Shown here piece by piece: positions 47,668-53,086 of a stretch of DNA of 53,086 bases. Position 1 is the first letter of the stretch. Each line of letters starts with the position of its first letter. The position numbers were made by a program, and so were the translations under genes. The notes beneath the pieces are model-generated. The model was not told the origin of the DNA, ran no database searches, and worked only from the letters and a program-made list of their open reading frames with translations. Source of the stretch: Pseudomonadota bacterium (GTDB taxonomy: Bacteria; Bdellovibrionota_B; Oligoflexia; Oligoflexales; CAIYRB01); NCBI GenBank assembly GCA_031416315.1, contig JANOTL010000063.1, forward strand, positions 1-53,086. Reading direction: 5' to 3'.

Positions 47668-50135
47668 AGCGTCTCGCGACGCCACTTCTGGTTCGACTCG
47701 GTGTGGCACGGATGCGAGTACAGCTTGTAACCGCCGCCGTCGCCGCGACCGATGTCGAAGTCGACGCAGTATGCCTTCAAGAGGTCTGTGATCGTGCCGT
47801 CGTCGCGGAAGAAGAAGCTCTGGTTCGCGCCGGAGTTGCAATCACCCAGATAGAGCTCGAAGCCGTTGCCACTCTTCTTGGTGTAGTTCATGTCGAGGCA
47901 GCGTCCGTCGCCCGACTTGATCTTGCCGATCTTCGGATCCGAGCCCGGCTCGAAAGTGAATTTTTGATTCGGCTCGTTGTGGCAAGGGTGCACATAAACG
48001 TGCTCGCGATTGACCGTGTCCTGATCGATGCAGTAGTCGCTGTTGTACTGCGAGATGATCCGCGTCTTCTTCGCGTCCGGGCTGACGTCAGCGACGTCGG
48101 CGACGGCCTTCGCCTGAACGTTCTTGCAGCTGTCCGGCGTGACCTCGAAAAGCGTCTTGGTATCCGTGACGCCGGTCCAAGAATAGAGGTTTAGCTCCCA
48201 GTACTTGCTCCCGAAGACGTACCAGACCTGGGCGTAGGCAAAGAGGTTGCCGCCGAGAAACTCGCTTTCCAACGTCGACTTCACGAACGGACAGAATTTG
48301 AACCCGGCCTCCTCGATCAGCGCCGAGGCGCCGACCTGGCCCGTGGGGCCGATGTTGAGGAGCGTGAGGCGACCGCCGACCCCGGCGCGCTGGCCGACGA
48401 AGCTGAAGCCGCCGGCGAGGGAGACGGCAGCCTTGCCCCGCGGGTAGAAGCCGGCGACGAGCTTGGCGCTTACCGCCTTCGCGTCCATCTCGACGCCGAT
48501 GTTCCACGAGTAGCCGACGTACGGCGCGGCCGTCCATTCGGCGTCCATCGGCACGGGGCCGACGGTGAAGTTGTAGAGACCGCGTGCGGTACGGCCGAGC
48601 CACGCCAGCTTCTGCTGCAACTTGTTCGTCGGCTTGGCCGCGTCCGGATCTTTGCAGCCGTTCTCGGCTTCACCCGGTTTCGGCTTGTTGCAGTTCAGAT
48701 AGTTCTTTTTCCAGAGGGTCGCGCCGAACACCTGGAATCCGAGCTCGAGTCCGTTCTTCGTCACGTCGTTGCCGAAGGCCTGGCCTTTGACGTAGCCCTT
48801 GAGGACGTTCTTGAACTCTTTGCCGAAGACCGTGACGTCCACCGCGGGTCCGCCGCCGACGGAAAGGCCTTTGAACTTTTCCGTCTTGAACGGATCGCGC
48901 TGGTCCTTGAGGGAGCGCGTATTGCCGTCAACCTCCTCTCCGCCCGTTGGGCGCAAGTCCGGGTCGGAGCCGCCGCGGCCGAACGAATTGTCAGCGCCGT
49001 ACTGCGCGCCGAATCCTGCCGAGAAGGCGAGCTTGAAGCGCGGGTTGCCGACCTCGAAGGACTTGTAGTCGCCGCCCTTCGATTCGGTGGCGCCGCCGGG
49101 AAGCTTGTCCGTCAGCGCGATGCCTTCGCCCGGGCGGTTGCCGCTCGGGCCACCCGCGAAGAGACTCTCGAGGTTTTCCAGCTGCGCGAAGTTGCCCGCG
49201 AGCTCGTCGATCTCGGCGTTGTAACCCAAAACGTCGGTGTCTTTCGGGTTGGTGGTCTCGCCGACTTTCGGCAGCTCGATGTGGGTGGGGTCGACCTCGC
49301 CGAGGAGGGACATCAGGTCATCGACCAGGTTGGAGCCGCCCTTGTTCGTGATCGACTGGACGTCTTTCAGAAGCGCATACACGCCGTTTTCATAGCTTTC
49401 GCGCGTGTCGGCAGGGGCTTGAGCGGTCGACGTGCGCTGCATATCGGTCGCGGCGCCGGGCTCGCTCAGCTTGTCGGCGAACTCGGAGGACTTGCCAGTG
49501 CGTTGCGCTTCTTTCTTCGCGAGGTCTTTCAGCCAAGCGGTGAAGCTCGGGTCGGAGCAGCCCGGCAGGGTGCCGGCGTCCTTGCCGTAGAGGATTTTGA
49601 CGTCGACTTTTTTCTCGGTGTCGCAAGCGTCGCCGGAAGTGTCGCCCGCCCCGGTCGAGGCCGCGGCGCCGGTCGCGCCCGGGGCGCCGGAAGTTCCGGG
49701 CACGCCCGTAGCTCCCGGAGCGCCCGATGCGCCCGGATCCGCATCCGGTTGGCCCGCGCCTTCCCCGGGGGGCTTCGTGTCACCCTCTGCGAGGGCAAGG
49801 GCCTGTGCGCGCGGCGCGCTGGCTTGATAGAGGTCGTTCTTCTTGAAGTCTTGCACGCGCGGTCCGTCCGCGTTCGGCGCAGCGCATTCCGTCGCCGACG
49901 GCGCATCCGTAGGCGGGTTCTTGTCGGTAATCGCAGGCGCCGCGCCGAGCGGATCGGCACCGAGATCCGGACCGACTTCCCGGCCTTGGACGGTTTGCTC
50001 CGTTGCGCAGTTGCCGCCTGCGGCACCGGCGCCGGACGTATCGTCTTTGACCTTGGAGACCGACGTCGGCTTGCATCCAGCGAGTAAGAGCATGGCGGCA
50101 AGCGCACAACGGCGCGACAGACTCGAGCTGTTCAT
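47664..50135 (-). CDS. large lipoprotein: low-complexity N-terminus, long amphipathic beta-sheet domain, C-terminal ricin-B (beta-trefoil) lectin
   Basis: Lipobox LAGC; three CxD...C...NQx(F/W) subrepeats (YCID..NQKF, RCLD..NQSF, YCVD..NQKW); central Gly/aromatic strands including YNFTVGPVPM. Confidence 0.75.
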   Translation of the reverse strand: MNSSSLSRRCALAAMLLLAGCKPTSVSKVKDDTSGAGAAGGNCATEQTVQGREVGPDLGADPLGAAPAITDKNPPTDAPSATECAAPNADGPRVQDFKKNDLYQASAPRAQALALAEGDTKPPGEGAGQPDADPGASGAPGATGVPGTSGAPGATGAAASTGAGDTSGDACDTEKKVDVKILYGKDAGTLPGCSDPSFTAWLKDLAKKEAQRTGKSSEFADKLSEPGAATDMQRTSTAQAPADTRESYENGVYALLKDVQSITNKGGSNLVDDLMSLLGEVDPTHIELPKVGETTNPKDTDVLGYNAEIDELAGNFAQLENLESLFAGGPSGNRPGEGIALTDKLPGGATESKGGDYKSFEVGNPRFKLAFSAGFGAQYGADNSFGRGGSDPDLRPTGGEEVDGNTRSLKDQRDPFKTEKFKGLSVGGGPAVDVTVFGKEFKNVLKGYVKGQAFGNDVTKNGLELGFQVFGATLWKKNYLNCNKPKPGEAENGCKDPDAAKPTNKLQQKLAWLGRTARGLYNFTVGPVPMDAEWTAAPYVGYSWNIGVEMDAKAVSAKLVAGFYPRGKAAVSLAGGFSFVGQRAGVGGRLTLLNIGPTGQVGASALIEEAGFKFCPFVKSTLESEFLGGNLFAYAQVWYVFGSKYWELNLYSWTGVTDTKTLFEVTPDSCKNVQAKAVADVADVSPDAKKTRIISQYNSDYCIDQDTVNREHVYVHPCHNEPNQKFTFEPGSDPKIGKIKSGDGRCLDMNYTKKSGNGFELYLGDCNSGANQSFFFRDDGTITDLLKAYCVDFDIGRGDGGGYKLYSHPCHTESNQKWRRETL
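49662..49733 (-). repeat. eight Gly-X-Y (collagen-like) triplets within the lipoprotein
   Basis: GAS GAP GAT GVP GTS GAP GAT GAA. Confidence 0.6.
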
Positions 50136-50199
50136 CGGGTACCTTCTCGCAGATATGAGGGAGACTCGAGGCTCATATCGGCGAGACGGCGTGGACCCT

Positions 50200-52065
50200 T
50201 TAGGGTAGGAGCATCACTTTTCCAGAGGTTTTCAGGATGCTCGCCGCAAAGCTTCGGACATTCGCATCCTTGTCGTCGGTCGCCGCAGCCTCGACGGCCG
50301 CTTTCACGGCCGGGAAGCGCCTGACATCATCACTCAGAGATCTAAGAAGTAAGTGCTTGATTTCACTGGAAGTTTCCGTTTTGAGCTTGGGAAGAATCTT
50401 GTCGAAATAGGGAGATAACAGTCCGAAGTGATGCACCAGCGACTCGGCCGCGGCCTTGCGCACGTCCTCGTCCTTTGACTCGAGCGCCTGAGCGGACCGC
50501 TCCAAGCTCTCCTTCGTTCGGACGAGACGCAGCGCATAGACTGCGCCCGCCTGGCGGTCGGGATCTTTCGAGTCGAGCTCCGACTTCAGGATCTGCGGCA
50601 AGCGCGGTGATGCCGAGTTCGCGAGAGTGTCGAGCATCAACGATCGTCCCTCGCGTGTATTCGCGGTGATCAGCTCGCCGGCATATTCGTCGACGATCCG
50701 AGCTGCGCGTAACGGCGCGACGGTCCGCAGCTGATCGGCCATTCTTCCGAGCGAAAGATGCGCCGAGGTCCGCACCTCGGGCGGCGCGCGGTCGCCGCGA
50801 AGCGAGCGCAGGAGCTCGTCGTTCGCCTCCTCCGGGACCTCGGGCTCGGCCAGCAGAGGCAGCAGAAAGACGTTCGACTCCCAATCGCCCTTTTTCAGCT
50901 TCGCTTCGATCTCGCGACGAACGACCGCCTGCGCCGCCGGAGTTCCGAGTTGCCCGAGCGCTAGCATCGCGCCCCGATAGAACACGGAATCCTGCGTCTC
51001 GACCCCGATCGCCGCCTCGATCTCGCCCATTCGCTCCGCATGCACGATCGCGAACGCCCGGATCTTCTCGAAGATCTCGAGCTCACCGTCGCCGCCGCCG
51101 TCCTTCTTCGTCGCTTCGAGCTCTTTCCCGCGCTTGACGACGTCGGCGACGGTCATGTTGCCGAGCGTCGCCTCGGCGTTGGCGCGCAAGCGCTCCGGGT
51201 CGAACCGCCGTTTCGGCGTCCCGGAGTTCTCGTCCGGCATGGGAGCGCGCGCGAGGCTCTTCACCTCGTCCGGCGTGAAGATGCGCGTCCCGCGTCCCGT
51301 GACCTTGATCTTCGTGGTCACGGCCGAGATCGGCGTCTCGTCGCCGACGAAGGCCTGCGCGAGCTCCTGCCCCGAAAGCTCGGAAAGCCAGCCGTCCGCG
51401 CCGACGCCGCCGACGAAAAGGCCCTCGCTCTTCGCCGCGAAGGTCATGAAGCGCGACCGCCCGCTCGTCGGCATCGAATCGCGATAGCCCGTCTTCGTCT
51501 TCTCGAACTTGAACCCGCCGCTCCCGCGTGAGGTGACGCGATAGCTTGCGTCGTAGGTCCCCGTAGGATCGCGCTCTTCGGCGACCCAAGTCGCGCTGTC
51601 GTCGCCCGGCATCGTCGTCTGCAGCGCTGCGACGAGGAAGCGCAGCATCTCCGTGCCCTGCGGGTCCTCGGCCCCAGTCAGATCGACGAAGGGGTGCCTC
51701 CCGTCAGTGTCTAGACGAACCAGGACACCGTGCATCAGCGTCTTCTTGGTCGCCGAAAACTGCTCGGGAGTGATCAGCTGTCCGCGCGACTTCCCGCGCA
51801 GCCCGACCTCGACGAGCCGCACGCGGGCGACCGCGCTGTCGCCGTCGACCCGGGCGACCGCCAGCTCGAGCGTCCCGGAGACGTCGAAGACGAGCTTGTC
51901 GAGCTCTTGGCTTGCACCCATCATCCGGCGGAAAGCGGCCGCGGTCTCCACCTCGACGGTAAAGAGCCGCACTTCGCCAGCCTTGAGCTGGCGGCGGGCG
52001 GTTTTCGGTGCTGGCCCAGCGGCGATCGCGAGGGCCGCCGTCACGACGAGAAGGAGGAGGCGCAT
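50200..52065 (-). CDS. secreted protein: N-terminal beta domain + HEAT-like helical solenoid, vitellogenin/MTP lipid-transport-domain-like
   Basis: Signal peptide; EERDPTGTYDASY..FEKTK beta region; helical repeats ALGQLGTPAAQ, AHLSLGRMA, LDTLANSAS, AVYALR, VRKAAAESL, VRSFA. Confidence 0.6.
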   Translation of the reverse strand: MRLLLLVVTAALAIAAGPAPKTARRQLKAGEVRLFTVEVETAAAFRRMMGASQELDKLVFDVSGTLELAVARVDGDSAVARVRLVEVGLRGKSRGQLITPEQFSATKKTLMHGVLVRLDTDGRHPFVDLTGAEDPQGTEMLRFLVAALQTTMPGDDSATWVAEERDPTGTYDASYRVTSRGSGGFKFEKTKTGYRDSMPTSGRSRFMTFAAKSEGLFVGGVGADGWLSELSGQELAQAFVGDETPISAVTTKIKVTGRGTRIFTPDEVKSLARAPMPDENSGTPKRRFDPERLRANAEATLGNMTVADVVKRGKELEATKKDGGGDGELEIFEKIRAFAIVHAERMGEIEAAIGVETQDSVFYRGAMLALGQLGTPAAQAVVRREIEAKLKKGDWESNVFLLPLLAEPEVPEEANDELLRSLRGDRAPPEVRTSAHLSLGRMADQLRTVAPLRAARIVDEYAGELITANTREGRSLMLDTLANSASPRLPQILKSELDSKDPDRQAGAVYALRLVRTKESLERSAQALESKDEDVRKAAAESLVHHFGLLSPYFDKILPKLKTETSSEIKHLLLRSLSDDVRRFPAVKAAVEAAATDDKDANVRSFAASILKTSGKVMLLP

Positions 52066-52069
52066 CCGC

Positions 52070-53086
52070 CTATGTTAGCAGAGCATGCCAGTCGCTGAAG
52101 GCCACCTCGGCTGCGGCACACTGCCGCGCCTTTTTCTGCTGCTTGCTTTCGCCGCGGGCCCGATCGAGAGGCGGCATGAGACCGAGGTTGGCGTTCATCG
52201 GCGCAAAGTCCCCGAGCCCGCCCTGGGTCACGTAGCTCCTCAAGGCTCCGATGACCGTCGTCTTCGGCGGCATTGTGTACGCGTTGCCTTGCCCCTTCGC
52301 CGCGGCAGCCCGACCTGCGAGGAGGCCGATAGCTGCGGACTCCGTGTAGCCCTCGACTCCGGTCACTTGCCCGGCGAGGAAGACGCGGCCATTGGCTTTG
52401 AATGTCAGGTCCGGCGCCAAGGCCTCGGGGCTCTTCACGTAGGTGTTGCGGTGCACCGAGCCGAAGCGCAGGAACTCCGCGTCCTTGAGTGCCGGGATCA
52501 TTGCGAACACGCGCTTCTGCTCTGGCCACTTCATCTTCGTTTGGAAGCCGACCATGCTGTACATGGTGCCCTCCACGTTCTCGAGGCGGAGCTGGAGGTT
52601 CGCCCAGGGGCGGTGCCCGGTCTTTGGGTTGGTCAGGCCGACCGGCTTCATCGGGCCGAACCGCAGCGTGTCGCGACCGCGTTCGACCATGACCTCGATC
52701 GGCAGGCAGGCCTCGAAGTATTTCGTTTCCTCGAACTCGTGGAGCGGCATGTACTCGGCCGTGGCGACGGCGGTGACGAAGGCCTCGTATTGGTCCTTGT
52801 TCAGCGGCAGATTGAGGTAGTCCGCCTCTTCGTCCGGCTCGCCGTAACGACTCTGCTTGAAGACGTGATCCATGTCGATCGAGTCGGCGGCAAGGGTGGG
52901 CGCGATCGCATCGTAGAAGTAGAGGCGCTTGGTCGCTCCAGACGCCGTTGCCAGCTCGTCGAGGATCGCCGCCATCGGCGCCGAGGTCAGCGGGCCGGTC
53001 GCGATGACCCAGTACTCGTCGCGGGCGATCATCTCGGCCTCGGTAGGGAGGGTGGTCACCTCCTCATGGACCCGATGGAAGCCGGG
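52070..53086 (-). CDS. trmFO: methylenetetrahydrofolate--tRNA-(uracil-5-)-methyltransferase (5' part outside window)
   Basis: IATGPLT, LYFYDAIAP, YFEACLPIE, RFGPMKPVGL, VGFQT, HRNTY, AGQVTGVEGY.ES. Confidence 0.95.
   Translation of the reverse strand, partial: PGFHRVHEEVTTLPTEAEMIARDEYWVIATGPLTSAPMAAILDELATASGATKRLYFYDAIAPTLAADSIDMDHVFKQSRYGEPDEEADYLNLPLNKDQYEAFVTAVATAEYMPLHEFEETKYFEACLPIEVMVERGRDTLRFGPMKPVGLTNPKTGHRPWANLQLRLENVEGTMYSMVGFQTKMKWPEQKRVFAMIPALKDAEFLRFGSVHRNTYVKSPEALAPDLTFKANGRVFLAGQVTGVEGYTESAAIGLLAGRAAAAKGQGNAYTMPPKTTVIGALRSYVTQGGLGDFAPMNANLGLMPPLDRARGESKQQKKARQCAAAEVAFSDWHALLT

Overview
GC-rich, densely coding bacterial chromosome segment. Gene content (Agl/Glt-like gliding genes, many secreted lipoproteins, IleRS type 2, TrmFO, GshB, sigma54-type promoters) suggests a Bdellovibrionota/Oligoflexia-like or other delta-proteobacterial predator; this is inference only. 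Housekeeping genes: ileS, valS, alaS, pgk-tpiA, fadI-fadJ, gshB, queE, trmFO (partial), an ABC-F ATPase and an FKBP. I saw no tRNA, rRNA, CRISPR array, IS or phage genes. The most interesting signals: (1) a two-gene module at 47.7-52.1 kb that looks like a bacterial 'split' vitellogenin/MTP-type large lipid transfer protein, partnered with a beta-sheet + ricin-lectin lipoprotein; (2) an AglRQS/GltG-like motor operon whose two ExbD-like subunits both lack the proton-conducting Asp, next to an FHA-GAF-HD-GYP gene and a divergent GltF/CglF-like gene; (3) two catalytically dead gluzincin-like envelope proteins flanking fadIJ, one fused to a probable beta-barrel; (4) a diiron oxygenase/hydrolase/SDR/M24 cluster; (5) two candidate structured non-coding RNAs; (6) an AlaRS with unusual active-site motifs. 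All family calls come from motif recognition by eye, not from database searches.
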